A stretch of DNA of 64,000 bases, taken from the NCBI GenBank assembly GCA_050294405.1, contig JBNKOC010000012.1, forward strand, positions 416,001 through 480,000, written 5' to 3'. The notes below the pieces were generated by a model that had not been told where the DNA came from, searched no databases, and saw nothing but the letters and a program-made list of their open reading frames with translations. A program made the translations under genes and the position numbers. This document shows positions 46,362 to 57,399 of the stretch, in pieces. Within the stretch, counting starts at the first letter, position 1. Each line of letters begins with the position of its first letter. The stretch comes from Fibrobacteria bacterium. GTDB taxonomy: Bacteria > Fibrobacterota > Fibrobacteria > UBA11236 > JADFYW01.

Positions 46362-49300
46362 ATGAAAAAAGCGCTCAGAAAGCCATTATTTTACTTCCCC
46401 CTAGTTTTAATTTTTGTGGGTATCCCACTTGGAATTTATCTGGCCATTTCCCAATTGGAAGAAAAATTAAACCAGGGAATTCGCTTTCATGAGGCTTATC
46501 TGCAAACGGAAAATATGTCCATTTCTTTAAACTGGCCTCAAATTGAATTATCTGCCGGAAAAGTTCAACTTGAAGTTCCGGGTGTGGAAATTAAAATCCA
46601 TTCCTTTTTTTCCAAGCTCAGAGTCTTTAGCTCTTCCTTTTCCTCCAAGCCTTTTTTTGAGGGTGAAATGGATAGCCTTTATCTTGTACAGAAAGGAAAA
46701 AAATCCGATAGCTTTAATCTGGAAAAGTTGCGTTTTCCCGAATTCAAAGTGCCGCGTTCTATCCAACTGTCCTCAAAAAAAGCCAGTTTCCATTTTTCAA
46801 ATGAACTGGTACAAGCCCAAAACATCCGTTTTAAAAGCAAAAACAACAACGCCTTTAGTTTGGAATCGGATAGCTTGGAAAATAAAAACATACCCGGAAA
46901 AGCCCGCTTAGAACTGGATTACAATGGCAATCGCGCCACCCATAACAACCTTAGCCTCCAACTTAAATCCGATTCGGAAAAAGCAAATATGCAAATAACG
47001 TTTTCCAAAGTGAAAGGCGAATTAAAAAAAATAAGTGGCGACGTCTTTGCCGGGGATTTAGAAAAGTGGGTTCCCTATAGAGGCAAAATTAACATACCGT
47101 TTCCTGAAAAGATACATATTAATTACGAATTAAATTTTGGAACTGATTTTTTATTCTCCTGCAAGATACAGGGCTTTCTCGATGCAGATAGCATTCCTTT
47201 TTTAAAGGACTTTAGCTTGAAAAACCATGAGTTTCAGGTTGGATTAAATTATAACCAGGCAACTACGGATGTGTCTCTTCTCTCACAAAATAACCAGGGG
47301 CAAAAAATAAACCTCCAGCTCTCGGGACCAAGCTTAACACCGGGGGAAATAAAAAATAAGGACTTTTCAAGGGTTCGCTTTGATGTTATTGGACAGGGAA
47401 AAAATTTGGATTGGCCTTTGGCGAGCCAGATTTTGCCTTTGGATTTTAACATTCGAAACGCACAGCTCTTCGAAAAAGGCCTGCGGGCAGAAGTGGAATC
47501 CAAAGACGGTTCCCAAATCAAAGGCAATTTGACCTGGTCACCCAAATTGAGGGCGGAATTTAAGGGCAATGTTTCGGCTACCGAAAGCTGGATGACGGCC
47601 TGGACCAAAGACCATGTTCATTTTAAAAAAGGAAAAGTGAACGCCGTTTTTGAAAATAAATTGTTAAAAATTTATACCTCCATTAATAAGGCCACTGCTT
47701 ATGGAGCTGAGGGAGACAGTGTTTTTGCCATTGTGGGAATTAGAAAAGATGGGCTTACTATTGATTCTGGGTTGGTGGAGTACAATGAGGTGCCCTGGAA
47801 TGTAGAAGGTGAAATAAACTGGTTGGCACCAAATCGGGATTTAAAATTTACGGCTTCTAACCCCAATTATGGCCGTGCCATTTATGTTATGCCGGATTTT
47901 AAATCCATGTCCGCTTCTGTTTCCCGTCTTCATGGTGATAAAACTCCGTACCGCAAAATTGAAACACTTTATAAATACAAGCCTGTGGTAACGGGCATAT
48001 ATCAATGGGACCTGGCGGAAAAAACAGGAAAGACCGACCTTGTGGCACAAATCACATTGGAAGATAAATCTTTGGAACTGAATTTGGCAGCTCAGTGGGA
48101 TAGCAGTTATTTAAATATGGATAACATGGCAGTAAAACTGAGAGGCCAAGAGCTCGTTGGCAGTGGGCGATTTAAATTGTTCGGGCAACATTATTACAAT
48201 CTATACCCTTTTGAGGAGGAAAAACTGGAAACCGTTCAATTGAATTTTAAAAACCTCGATGTAGCTCCCTGGATTCTGGAGCAAAGCAAAGCTGAGTTGG
48301 AGCGTTTGGTTTTAAATGGGCAATTAACATATAACCCGCTGGAAAAACTTCATGGTGAAGTCCATTCCAGGGAAATCGCAATTCCAAAAATGGACAGCAT
48401 TTTTCTTTTAACCGGGGTAAGCGCGGTTTTCAAGGGCAACAATTTAAAAGTAAAGGCCTATACGCAATCTGAGAAAATGAATATGTTAAACGACACTGTT
48501 AGCATTGATGTGGCCAATATTTTTTCCAAAAACACTTTAGTGGAAATGGAAATCGTTTCCCAGGATAGTTTGTTTGCCAACATGAGCGGCCACATGATTC
48601 GGGCAGAAGCTATTAAAGGGGAATTAAAAATATGGGGGAATACCGCTTTGCCATTTGGGCACGGGCATTTGAGCGCTATTAATTCTACAGGTACATTTTA
48701 TGTTCCTCTTAATAAAGAAAAGAGCGGTGATTTGTTGTTTGAAGGGCAGGTGGAAAAGGTGAAATTTAAAAGGCCTGAATTTGAACCCTTGTCTTTAAAT
48801 GCCTTTTGGAGATTTGCAAATAACAAACTATTGATTGAAAAAGCGGATATATACAACCCCGCTGGCGAGGCTATTGCAGCCACGGGGCAAATTAGTTGGC
48901 CTTTGCGTCTTAACATGAGCGCAGTAGCTCCCAAGTTTACCCTTCCCTTTGAAGATAACGGAAGTTTGTTACTGGAAAATTCGCAGGCCAGTTTAACTAT
49001 GGATTCGGCCGGTATGTTAGTGAATTGTGAATGGGAGAACGGCTTTTTCCAAAGGAAGAATGAAGTGATGGAGCTGCGGTTTAATACCCGGGGGAAAATT
49101 GATTATGAACTTCCCCGCGCCCAAAAGCAACGTATTCAAACCCGGAAAATCACAGGACAAATAGAAATCGAAGACAGTTACTTTATGCACAATACATTTG
49201 GAATGGCAAACTTCAGAAATTTTTTCAGGCCAGCCCGAAAAGGCCATTCCCGTAATTTAAAAAAGAGCCTGCCTTATGACATTCGGGTATTAGTGGAACT

Positions 49301-50192
49301 CAAAGGAGGGAATAATATTATCAATACATCTTTATTGAGAACCAAACTAGAAGGCGAAGTTCAGGTTTTGGGGGGAACCCCTCAAATAACCGCGCGGGGA
49401 GAATTGACATCTTTAACGGGCCAGTTCGGGTTTAGCTCCCAGTTTTATAAAATCAACGACTTGTCTTTGCGATGGAACGATGACCCTTTAAAAGAGGGCT
49501 GGGTGGAATTGGCTGCCCAGAAAGTTTTGGCAAAAGATTGCCGAAACCCCGAATCGGATAGTTGCATTGTGGATATCAGATTGGCGGGGCCTTTTTCCAA
49601 GCCTGAATTTTCTTTTGATGGAACATGCGGCCAGGATTTAGGGCAGAATACAGACCCCATGGTGTTTTTAAATTCCATAGGCCGGGGATGTTTTGATCCC
49701 TTAAACTCCGGAGAGGCGGCAGCTTTTGTGTGGATGGAAGGCCAAATGAATAAATACGCCACCAGCGGAATTCGAAAGCTGAGTGGAAACACCATAAAAA
49801 ATTTAAGGGTAAGTGGAACACGAAATATTTTGAGAAATAAAAGCTATGAAGAAACATCAAACAATTCCGAGTTTCAGGATTACTCCTTTGAAGATGAATC
49901 CATTTCTCTGGAAATAGAAACGGCTGAAAAAAAAGGTTTTCGCTTAAGAGCCCGCTCCGGATACATACCCTACTCTACCACCTCAAACTGGGAGCACGAA
50001 GGTGCGGTGGAGTGGAGAATACCCAAGGAAGATAGTGTTTCCAGGGAAAAAAACTGGAAAGACAAACTGAGCCTGGAGTCCAAGTTAAAATCCACCCCTC
50101 TTTTGGAAACTGAATACGAAACCCAGGAAGAAGATGAGCTAAGGTTTCAATTTGGTGTGCGCTATAAATATGATTTTTGGGATCTCTGGTGA
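46362..50192 (+). CDS. TamB/AsmA-like protein
   Basis: N-terminal TM anchor, long beta-rich chain, DUF490-like C-terminal region, upstream of an Omp85 gene. Confidence 0.65.
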   Translation: MKKALRKPLFYFPLVLIFVGIPLGIYLAISQLEEKLNQGIRFHEAYLQTENMSISLNWPQIELSAGKVQLEVPGVEIKIHSFFSKLRVFSSSFSSKPFFEGEMDSLYLVQKGKKSDSFNLEKLRFPEFKVPRSIQLSSKKASFHFSNELVQAQNIRFKSKNNNAFSLESDSLENKNIPGKARLELDYNGNRATHNNLSLQLKSDSEKANMQITFSKVKGELKKISGDVFAGDLEKWVPYRGKINIPFPEKIHINYELNFGTDFLFSCKIQGFLDADSIPFLKDFSLKNHEFQVGLNYNQATTDVSLLSQNNQGQKINLQLSGPSLTPGEIKNKDFSRVRFDVIGQGKNLDWPLASQILPLDFNIRNAQLFEKGLRAEVESKDGSQIKGNLTWSPKLRAEFKGNVSATESWMTAWTKDHVHFKKGKVNAVFENKLLKIYTSINKATAYGAEGDSVFAIVGIRKDGLTIDSGLVEYNEVPWNVEGEINWLAPNRDLKFTASNPNYGRAIYVMPDFKSMSASVSRLHGDKTPYRKIETLYKYKPVVTGIYQWDLAEKTGKTDLVAQITLEDKSLELNLAAQWDSSYLNMDNMAVKLRGQELVGSGRFKLFGQHYYNLYPFEEEKLETVQLNFKNLDVAPWILEQSKAELERLVLNGQLTYNPLEKLHGEVHSREIAIPKMDSIFLLTGVSAVFKGNNLKVKAYTQSEKMNMLNDTVSIDVANIFSKNTLVEMEIVSQDSLFANMSGHMIRAEAIKGELKIWGNTALPFGHGHLSAINSTGTFYVPLNKEKSGDLLFEGQVEKVKFKRPEFEPLSLNAFWRFANNKLLIEKADIYNPAGEAIAATGQISWPLRLNMSAVAPKFTLPFEDNGSLLLENSQASLTMDSAGMLVNCEWENGFFQRKNEVMELRFNTRGKIDYELPRAQKQRIQTRKITGQIEIEDSYFMHNTFGMANFRNFFRPARKGHSRNLKKSLPYDIRVLVELKGGNNIINTSLLRTKLEGEVQVLGGTPQITARGELTSLTGQFGFSSQFYKINDLSLRWNDDPLKEGWVELAAQKVLAKDCRNPESDSCIVDIRLAGPFSKPEFSFDGTCGQDLGQNTDPMVFLNSIGRGCFDPLNSGEAAAFVWMEGQMNKYATSGIRKLSGNTIKNLRVSGTRNILRNKSYEETSNNSEFQDYSFEDESISLEIETAEKKGFRLRARSGYIPYSTTSNWEHEGAVEWRIPKEDSVSREKNWKDKLSLESKLKSTPLLETEYETQEEDELRFQFGVRYKYDFWDLW

Positions 50193-52078
50193 AAATAACT
50201 GTTAGCTTTTTTGTTTCTTTGATGTTGCTGACAGTTTTTTGTCTGGCAGACACGCCTAGCCTGCAAATGGAAGGAAATTACCATTTAAAATCCGGTAAAA
50301 TAAAAAATCTGGCAGTGCTTCCAGAAGATATGGCCGACTCTTCCAGGGAATATATATACCAGTGGTTGGTGGAGTTCCAGGAAATATTGCTGCTGGAATA
50401 TGAACGATTGGGCTTTTTCGGGGCTTATGTGGATGTAAAGCTCACAAAAGACAGCACCGGGGAAAATCTCCAGGGCCAGCTTCATATTATAATTGATGAA
50501 GGGGAGCGTTATAACTTTGGGAAAGTTGAATTAAAAACCCTGGATAATTCCATTCCCCTTGTACAAAAATCCGAATTAAAAATTCAGCCGGGTGAGCCTT
50601 ATAACGGCAATTTCCCCCAAACTGATTTGCGGTATATTAGGCGAAAATACGGGGAGCAGGGTTATGTGAAACGAATAATCAGGCAAACCTTTAACATAAA
50701 TGACAGCCTAAAAAATGTGGATGTTATATATCAAATCGATCCAGGCTATGTGATGGTATTTGATACTCTGATTATCCACAATAAAAGAGAGGGCAAACAG
50801 TCTGAAAAACCAGGTCTTACCAACATACAAATGATTCAAAACCTGCTTAGCATTGAAAAAGGTGAAAAAGTAATGCTAAGTAAGTTGGGCCTGTTTAAAT
50901 CCCGCTTAAAAAGCACCCAGAATTTTAATTACATCCGCTTGAGAGATAGTAGTTTAGTTCAGGGAAAGCCTGGAAGCGCTTTGATTCTGGATTTGGAAGA
51001 ACGGGTGCCCGGAAGGTTAAACAGTTCCTTGTTTTGGGAATCCCAGGATGGGTTGGGAGTGGAAAGTATTTGGCAAAGGCGTAATTTGATGGGGAGGTTT
51101 TACGAGGGAAAAGCCTTATTAAGGTTGGCGCAGAGAAGGCAACGGGTATTGCTTGGTTTGGCCAACCCCCTTTTATTTGGATATAAACTCCGCCTTAGCA
51201 ATGAGTTGGATATGAACTGGAGACAAAATGCCGGATTAAATGATAATGAATCTATCTTTGAAGCGAATCTTTCCTCTTCTCTCATTAAGCCAATTTATCA
51301 AACCAAATTTATATCCCGTTTGGAATTTGAAAGCACTCCTGAAAACAGCCAATCCGCTGTTAGCCCGGATGTTATTAGACTAGGCAGGGAACAGGTTATA
51401 AAACTTAACTTTATCCAATCCTGGGATGTGCCTTTGGTAGACAATGATTTTAACCCTAAAAAAGGAATGCGATTTAAATTCATTTGGGGAAATGGCGGAA
51501 CGGTGGTTCAGGATGAGGTGTTTGCCATTTCCAGGCAACGGCACAACTGGTTGGAATTAAAAAACTCTTTTTATTACTCCTTGCCTAGCTACTTGATTTG
51601 GGCCTGGCGTTTTGATGTGGGCAGTTTTTTTAGCGAAGGGGGCGCCAACTCCCGACGGTTTTTTATGGGAGGCAGAAACAGCATTCGCAATCAGGATTTA
51701 TGGGATGTATGCCCTGAGATAAATGAAGTTATAACAGGTGATGATAACTTGGAACAAAACTGTAACTTGGACGTGGCTCCTTCTTATTTCTTAACTTCTT
51801 TTGAATTCAGGTTGGAATTATTCCAACTATTCTCTTTTGCCCAAAGCAGTAATTTGCGCTTTATGGAAAACCTCCAACTGGTTCCATTTTGGGACTACGG
51901 TCGAATTTGGAATATGGGGAACTCCTATAAATCGGGTGGAAGGGGAATGGATGTGGGCCTTGGCCTTAGAATTCCAGTGGTGATTTTTAATGTCCGACTG
52001 GACTACGCTGTAGGCTATAAGGCTGGGCTTCAATGGGACAAGTGGCGAATTCAGTTCGATTTGGCCCAGGCCTTTTAA
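50189..52078 (+). CDS. BamA/TamA (Omp85) family outer membrane protein
   Basis: POTRA motifs (IDEGERY, YGEQGY), RFFMGGRNSIR, GLGLR, RLDYA, C-terminal QAF. GTG start overlaps the tamB stop. Confidence 0.88.
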   Translation: MKITVSFFVSLMLLTVFCLADTPSLQMEGNYHLKSGKIKNLAVLPEDMADSSREYIYQWLVEFQEILLLEYERLGFFGAYVDVKLTKDSTGENLQGQLHIIIDEGERYNFGKVELKTLDNSIPLVQKSELKIQPGEPYNGNFPQTDLRYIRRKYGEQGYVKRIIRQTFNINDSLKNVDVIYQIDPGYVMVFDTLIIHNKREGKQSEKPGLTNIQMIQNLLSIEKGEKVMLSKLGLFKSRLKSTQNFNYIRLRDSSLVQGKPGSALILDLEERVPGRLNSSLFWESQDGLGVESIWQRRNLMGRFYEGKALLRLAQRRQRVLLGLANPLLFGYKLRLSNELDMNWRQNAGLNDNESIFEANLSSSLIKPIYQTKFISRLEFESTPENSQSAVSPDVIRLGREQVIKLNFIQSWDVPLVDNDFNPKKGMRFKFIWGNGGTVVQDEVFAISRQRHNWLELKNSFYYSLPSYLIWAWRFDVGSFFSEGGANSRRFFMGGRNSIRNQDLWDVCPEINEVITGDDNLEQNCNLDVAPSYFLTSFEFRLELFQLFSFAQSSNLRFMENLQLVPFWDYGRIWNMGNSYKSGGRGMDVGLGLRIPVVIFNVRLDYAVGYKAGLQWDKWRIQFDLAQAF

Positions 52079-52130
52079 ATCTTTATCCATGAGTTGGAAA
52101 GGAGCGCCCGGTTATTGGTATAATTAAGAG

Positions 52131-52355
52131 ATGGATTTTCGAAAGCCACAATACTTGACTTCAAAAGGTTTTAGTCGCAATCGAAAGGCTGCAGGGCTTG
52201 GCCCAAAATCAATAAAAGTTCCTTCAAAGGCAAGTCTCCCCCAAATTTTGGGAGGGAATCTTCCCCAAAAATCCGGTCTCAAAAAAGTTCAGATTTCCGA
52301 AGAAGCAGCTAAGCAAATCGCCATGGTCATACGAACCATGCTGCGCAGTAAATAG
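52131..52355 (+). CDS. Small basic hypothetical protein
   Basis: ATG-started 74-aa ORF in an otherwise empty gap, with C-terminal helix EEAAKQIAMVIRTML. Confidence 0.45.
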   Translation: MDFRKPQYLTSKGFSRNRKAAGLGPKSIKVPSKASLPQILGGNLPQKSGLKKVQISEEAAKQIAMVIRTMLRSK

Positions 52356-52509
52356 GCATTTTTGGGTTAATTTTTAGCTTTAATTGCAAAAAATTTCCAA
52401 TTCAGCACTTAAATCAGCCAAATTTTATTAAATAGTTTATGGGGAAGCGGGAATCCCCAGGATTTTAATATTTTTTTCAAATAGGTCTTTTTCATTTGCA
52501 ATAACTGAG

Positions 52510-53070
52510 GTGTGTATGGATAAAGTCAAAATGAATATGTTTGCGCTTAAAAGCGGATTGATTTCAATTGTTTTCGGTCTTTTATTTTCTTCTTTGGCTT
52601 TTACTCAGGAAGATGATGGATCCGATATGGAAGTTCCCGAAAGAGGGGGCACAGGCCAGGTAACAGTTATCACTACTCCTAGCAAGGCTAAAGTATACCT
52701 TGGGGGAGAAGAAATAGGAATAACACCCATTGAGGAAAAATCCTTTCCCAGTGGAAGACATGATTTAACCATTATGTTACAGGGCGAAGAATTGGTTAGC
52801 AAAAGGGTTAATGTTTGGCCTAATAAAACCACTAAAATTGAAGAAACACTGGTGATGCCTTACGGGACTGTGATTGTATCCGGTGCACCAAACAACACCC
52901 GCATACAAATCGACGACGTGGATGTGGGCAAAACAGAAGGTGGTCCTTTAACTATTAATAATGTTCAGCAGGGCGATCACATTCTAAAAGCTTCCAGGGG
53001 CGCGAAAAAGCGCAAATATGATATATCCGTATCTGGTGAAGATACTACCGAAGTTAAAATCAAATTTTAA
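52510..53070 (+). CDS. PEGA domain exported protein
   Basis: VITTPSKAKVYLGG..IGITP...SGRHDL and a second PEGA-like repeat. Confidence 0.85.
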   Translation: MCMDKVKMNMFALKSGLISIVFGLLFSSLAFTQEDDGSDMEVPERGGTGQVTVITTPSKAKVYLGGEEIGITPIEEKSFPSGRHDLTIMLQGEELVSKRVNVWPNKTTKIEETLVMPYGTVIVSGAPNNTRIQIDDVDVGKTEGGPLTINNVQQGDHILKASRGAKKRKYDISVSGEDTTEVKIKF

Positions 53071-54416
53071 TTGATTTCGTATTCCTTGACTTTATAAAGC
53101 AAGGAACGTCTGCTTATGCCAAGGTCCTCAGCGGCCTTGGTTTTGTTCCAACGGTGTTTTTCCAGCGCTTTTATAATTTCTTCTTTTTCATGAAGCTGTC
53201 GGTTTTTCTTTAATCCGGTGCTCTCTACTCCATTCTCTGAAACGGGATTTGATTCCGCTCCAGGTAAATCAAGTTGCAGGCCTAAATCTGCATCACCCAA
53301 AACCACAGCTCTTTCCACGGTATTTTCCAGCTCCCGAATATTTCCAGGCCAGTTATAACTAATTAACATCTGGATTTGCGCAGGGCTTAAGGAAAGCCGG
53401 CAATTGTACCTGTTATTAAAATTTTCCAGAAAGAAATTAGCCAAATCTGCAACATCTTCTTTTCTATCTCGCAAAGGGGGCAGTTGTATGGGAATAATAT
53501 TCAAGCGATAGTATAAATCTTCCCTAAAGTTTCCCAACGCAATTTCTTCTTTTAAGTCTTTGTTGGTGGCTGCTACCAGCCTAAAATCAATGGGTATGGA
53601 TTGGCTGGAGCCCAGGGGGTCGATGGTTTTTTCCTGCAATACCCTTAACAATTTAACCTGGAGCTGTAAGGGCATTTCACCAATTTCATCCAGGAAAATG
53701 GTCCCTGTATTGGCTAGAGCAAATTTGCCAGGCTTGCTGTCCAAAGCCCCGGAAAAGGCTCCCTTTTCGTGTCCGAACAATTCGCTTTCAATAAGGTTTT
53801 CAGGAATGGCTCCACAATTAATGGCAATAAAAGGATTTTTAGCACGGGAACTGTTCTCGTGAATGCATCGGGCGAATACTTCTTTTCCCGTTCCGCTTTC
53901 TCCTAATATCAATACATTTGAATCCGTAGCGGCCGCTTTTAAGGCAATATTCAAACTCTTTTGAAAACTTTGGGACTTTCCAATGATACCCGAGTTTTCT
54001 TTGGATAATTCGGGAGCCTGAAGTGGCTCGGTGCGCATGGATTTTTCTTTAATGAGCTTGGATACAATCGAGCGCACATTTGCATTTTCAAAAGGTTTGG
54101 ATAAAAAATCCGAAGCCCCGCTTCTTAGGGCCGAAATGACTTTGTCCACTGATGTATGTGCTGTTATCATTAAAAACTTAATGTCGGGCTGTTCTTGCTT
54201 TACCTTGCTCAAAAATTCCAGTCCATCCATTCCAGGCATTTGGATGTCGCAAACTACAACATCTAAATTTTCTTCCAGGACGAGTTGGGTGGCCTTGTCA
54301 GCGGATTCTGCGGTAAAAATTTTGTTTGCAAGTGGAGTGAGGGTGGCTGCCAGGATTTCTCTGATGTGGATTTCATCATCCACAATTAAAATATTTCCCT
54401 TAATAACTTCAGTCAT
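53067..54416 (-). CDS. Sigma54-dependent response regulator (NtrC/AtoC family)
   Basis: Receiver domain (VDD, DIQMP, KP), GESGTGKE, GAFSGA, WPGNIRELEN, Fis HTH. Confidence 0.95.
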   Translation of the reverse strand: MTEVIKGNILIVDDEIHIREILAATLTPLANKIFTAESADKATQLVLEENLDVVVCDIQMPGMDGLEFLSKVKQEQPDIKFLMITAHTSVDKVISALRSGASDFLSKPFENANVRSIVSKLIKEKSMRTEPLQAPELSKENSGIIGKSQSFQKSLNIALKAAATDSNVLILGESGTGKEVFARCIHENSSRAKNPFIAINCGAIPENLIESELFGHEKGAFSGALDSKPGKFALANTGTIFLDEIGEMPLQLQVKLLRVLQEKTIDPLGSSQSIPIDFRLVAATNKDLKEEIALGNFREDLYYRLNIIPIQLPPLRDRKEDVADLANFFLENFNNRYNCRLSLSPAQIQMLISYNWPGNIRELENTVERAVVLGDADLGLQLDLPGAESNPVSENGVESTGLKKNRQLHEKEEIIKALEKHRWNKTKAAEDLGISRRSLLYKVKEYEIN

Positions 54417-54458
54417 TCTTTACATTGCCCCCAATAACATAATAAAGCCAAAATTCAA

Positions 54459-56537
54459 TTAACTTCCTTTTGGCAATTCCAAAATAAACCGGGTGCCCGG
54501 TTCCAGCGGCTCAAAATATAAGTCCCCCTTAAGGGCTTTGGCAATTTTCCGGGAAATTGAAAGGCCAAGACCGGTTCCAGTAGTGGATGTTGTGTAAAAG
54601 GGAGTAAAAATTTTGTTTCTATCTTCCTCGGGGATACCTATGCCATCGTCTTCCACGGCGATTTTTATTTTTGATCCCGCACTGTATAAATGTATCTGAA
54701 CGGGATTTTTGGATTTTTGGAATCTTTGCGCATTTTGAGTCAAATTGAGCATAATTTGCTCCAATCCGTTTTCATCTGAAAGAATTTCCAATTGCTTTAT
54801 TTTGCAGTTTAGCTGGAGAGGTTTTTCTTCGTTGAGATGGTTTTGCCTTTCCACAAACTTTTCCAACCAGGAAATTAAATCAAAAGCTTTTAGGGAGGAT
54901 TGGAAGGGAGAAGAAAAATCCAAAAAACGTCTCACCACATGGTTCAAACGCGTGGCGTCTTTTAAAATAATTTCGATGAACCTATCTGAATTGGGAATGC
55001 CTTCCTTTAAAACCTGCGCGGCTCCATAAATGCCTCCCAGGGGGTTTTTAATTTCATGGGCCATTGTGGCAGCCATCATACCGACCTGGCTTAGGTGCTC
55101 TTTTTCCGACTGTTCTTTTAAGAGTTTTATTTGATGTAAATGATTCCCTAAAATATCGCTAATGGATGTTAGTATAGGCATAACAATAGTCCAGGATTCC
55201 GGGCGAAACCGGGATTGGGAAAAAATAAGCAGGGCTGCTACCTCATTTCTCGCCTTGACCGGGATAATCAAATCTCTTTTTAGCCTGTCTAAGAGACGCA
55301 GGCCCATTAAAATTTTAAACTTTGGTTCAGGATTGTTATCCAGTCTCAACTCATTAATAACATTTCGCCTGGATAACATGGATTCCAGATTGGCATTGGC
55401 GAATAAATTTCGTTTTAAATTTTCCGGCAGGGGAGCGCCGATAACCTTATAATGTCTCCTCAAAAATTGGTCGTCTACTCTTTCAAATAAAATCCCTGTT
55501 CCATTTTCGTAGTCGAACTCTTTTTCCATTTCCTGGATAACGGTTTGCACCATTTTCTCTTCGGAATCCAATTGGCTTAATTGGGAAGATAAAGTGGTGT
55601 AAAAGTCTCTGAAGTAATAGCGCACGGGAAAAAAACGTTTTCGGGTTTTTCGCAACACAAACAAATATACCGGAGTGAGAATAAAAACAAAAAAGGAAAA
55701 TAAGGTAATTAGAGTGGAGCTGGAGGGAGAAATATCCAGTACCTGGATAACAAACATAGTGGCGTGGTATATGAAAAAACTTACAGTTATAACGGTTCCC
55801 AAATAAAGCGTCCACAAAATAGTGGACTTCACAATATCTGAGGCGGCGATAAAATTGAATCGATAAATGGCCCAGTAAAAAATACTCCCAAATACCAAAG
55901 GCGATAAATCGGCAATAGGATACACCGGATACCCGTATATGCTTACAAATTCTAGACTTCCCAGGGAAAAACCGCATAAGGCGCCAAAAAAAATGGTGTT
56001 CACCTGTTTTTTTAAATGGGGGACTTTGGCATAAAATTTAGGGATTAGTACAAATATGCCCAGTCCCATAAATAGGCCGAAAGTAAGCACGTATAGGAAA
56101 TACCACTTGCTGGGATCTCTAAAATAACCATAAGCTGTGGCGATATCGCCATTGGAAAGCACGCCTTTAATTTCCAGATAGATGAGTATAAAGGCACTAA
56201 GGTAACCTAAATAGGAGAGCCAATTGAATATACCTTTGTCGCGAAAGGAAATTTGGCAAGCCAAACGAAAAAAGGTGCAGTAACAAAAGGTGATACCGGC
56301 GAAAGACAGGTTGGACCAAAAAACAGTGTTGATGTAAATGGGAAAATCTGGAACCAGGGTTAAATTTTTAATTACTTTGCCGCCCTGCCAAACCACCATA
56401 GTAAAACTTAAAATGGCAAAATTTATTCCGCCCCTTCGTTTATACTGAAAGGTTAAGAGGATAAAGAGGTAAAACGCAGAAATTGCGGAGAGTGAGGAAA
56501 ATACCAGTTGCGGATATTTGAGAAAAAAGTCAATCAT
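54459..56537 (-). CDS. Multi-TM sensor histidine kinase
   Basis: AHEIKNPL, NLTQNA, DDGIGI, GTGLGL. About 9 N-terminal TM helices. Confidence 0.93.
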   Translation of the reverse strand: MIDFFLKYPQLVFSSLSAISAFYLFILLTFQYKRRGGINFAILSFTMVVWQGGKVIKNLTLVPDFPIYINTVFWSNLSFAGITFCYCTFFRLACQISFRDKGIFNWLSYLGYLSAFILIYLEIKGVLSNGDIATAYGYFRDPSKWYFLYVLTFGLFMGLGIFVLIPKFYAKVPHLKKQVNTIFFGALCGFSLGSLEFVSIYGYPVYPIADLSPLVFGSIFYWAIYRFNFIAASDIVKSTILWTLYLGTVITVSFFIYHATMFVIQVLDISPSSSTLITLFSFFVFILTPVYLFVLRKTRKRFFPVRYYFRDFYTTLSSQLSQLDSEEKMVQTVIQEMEKEFDYENGTGILFERVDDQFLRRHYKVIGAPLPENLKRNLFANANLESMLSRRNVINELRLDNNPEPKFKILMGLRLLDRLKRDLIIPVKARNEVAALLIFSQSRFRPESWTIVMPILTSISDILGNHLHQIKLLKEQSEKEHLSQVGMMAATMAHEIKNPLGGIYGAAQVLKEGIPNSDRFIEIILKDATRLNHVVRRFLDFSSPFQSSLKAFDLISWLEKFVERQNHLNEEKPLQLNCKIKQLEILSDENGLEQIMLNLTQNAQRFQKSKNPVQIHLYSAGSKIKIAVEDDGIGIPEEDRNKIFTPFYTTSTTGTGLGLSISRKIAKALKGDLYFEPLEPGTRFILELPKGS

Positions 56538-56598
56538 ATGAGCAGGGAGTGGTTAATATAGAAACTCCCTTCTCAATAATAGCTTTATTAAGACTCCA

Positions 56599-57222
56599 TT
56601 AAAAATTAGGATGCAATCCGCACTCTCTTTTGTCCAAAACTTTGGTGGGATCAAAATAATTTTTAACTGAGGGTAAATTGTGCTCAGCTAAATAGGCCTC
56701 CATGTCTTCATGGGTCCAATTCAAAACAGGGCATACTTTTACCATGTCGTATTTTCCAGGGGATACGATGTCGAGCCCTTGGCGAAATTCTGTTTGGTCT
56801 TTTCTCAAGGCCGTAAGCCAGGCTTTTGGTTTAAGCTCCTGTAAACCTCTGTCAAAAGGTTCCAACTTGACTTCTTCGGTAAATTTATCGTGGAGTTCCT
56901 TTTTTTCAATTTGGGGAATTCCACCATACAGCGCATCTCTATAACCCACGGTGGTTTTGGGAACGTATAGCTTAATATTAAGATTGAGCATTTCGATTAG
57001 CTTAAAGGCGCAGTTGTAAGTTTCTCTGGTATTGTAACCGTGATCGGCCCATAAGACTGGGATATCCTTTTTGGCCTGCACTGCCATATGCAACAATACA
57101 GCCTCTTGAGGGCGAAAATTAGTGGAAATAAAAATATCCTCGGAGTATTGGGAAACGGCCCAATTTACAATTTCCTGAGGGCTGGCTTTTGCCAATTTTT
57201 CATTTACTTCTGATAAATTCAT
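56599..57222 (-). CDS. cysH: PAPS/APS reductase family (Fe-S-free type)
   Basis: KLEPF, ALRKDQ...R, C-terminal ECGLH. No CC or CxxC motifs. Confidence 0.85.
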   Translation of the reverse strand: MNLSEVNEKLAKASPQEIVNWAVSQYSEDIFISTNFRPQEAVLLHMAVQAKKDIPVLWADHGYNTRETYNCAFKLIEMLNLNIKLYVPKTTVGYRDALYGGIPQIEKKELHDKFTEEVKLEPFDRGLQELKPKAWLTALRKDQTEFRQGLDIVSPGKYDMVKVCPVLNWTHEDMEAYLAEHNLPSVKNYFDPTKVLDKRECGLHPNF

Positions 57223-57399
57223 AATGCTGTCCTTGTTAGATTAAGTAATTTATTATCCCAAAAGCATATCCTCAACCCTTAGGGCAGGAGAATAATCCAA
57301 ATTGTCAAAAACAGGCAATTGGACAAAGGGATAATTTTTTCCATTTTTGAAAGGGAATGAGGCAGGCCGGGCTTTATCTATCTTAAAAAGGGAACAAAC

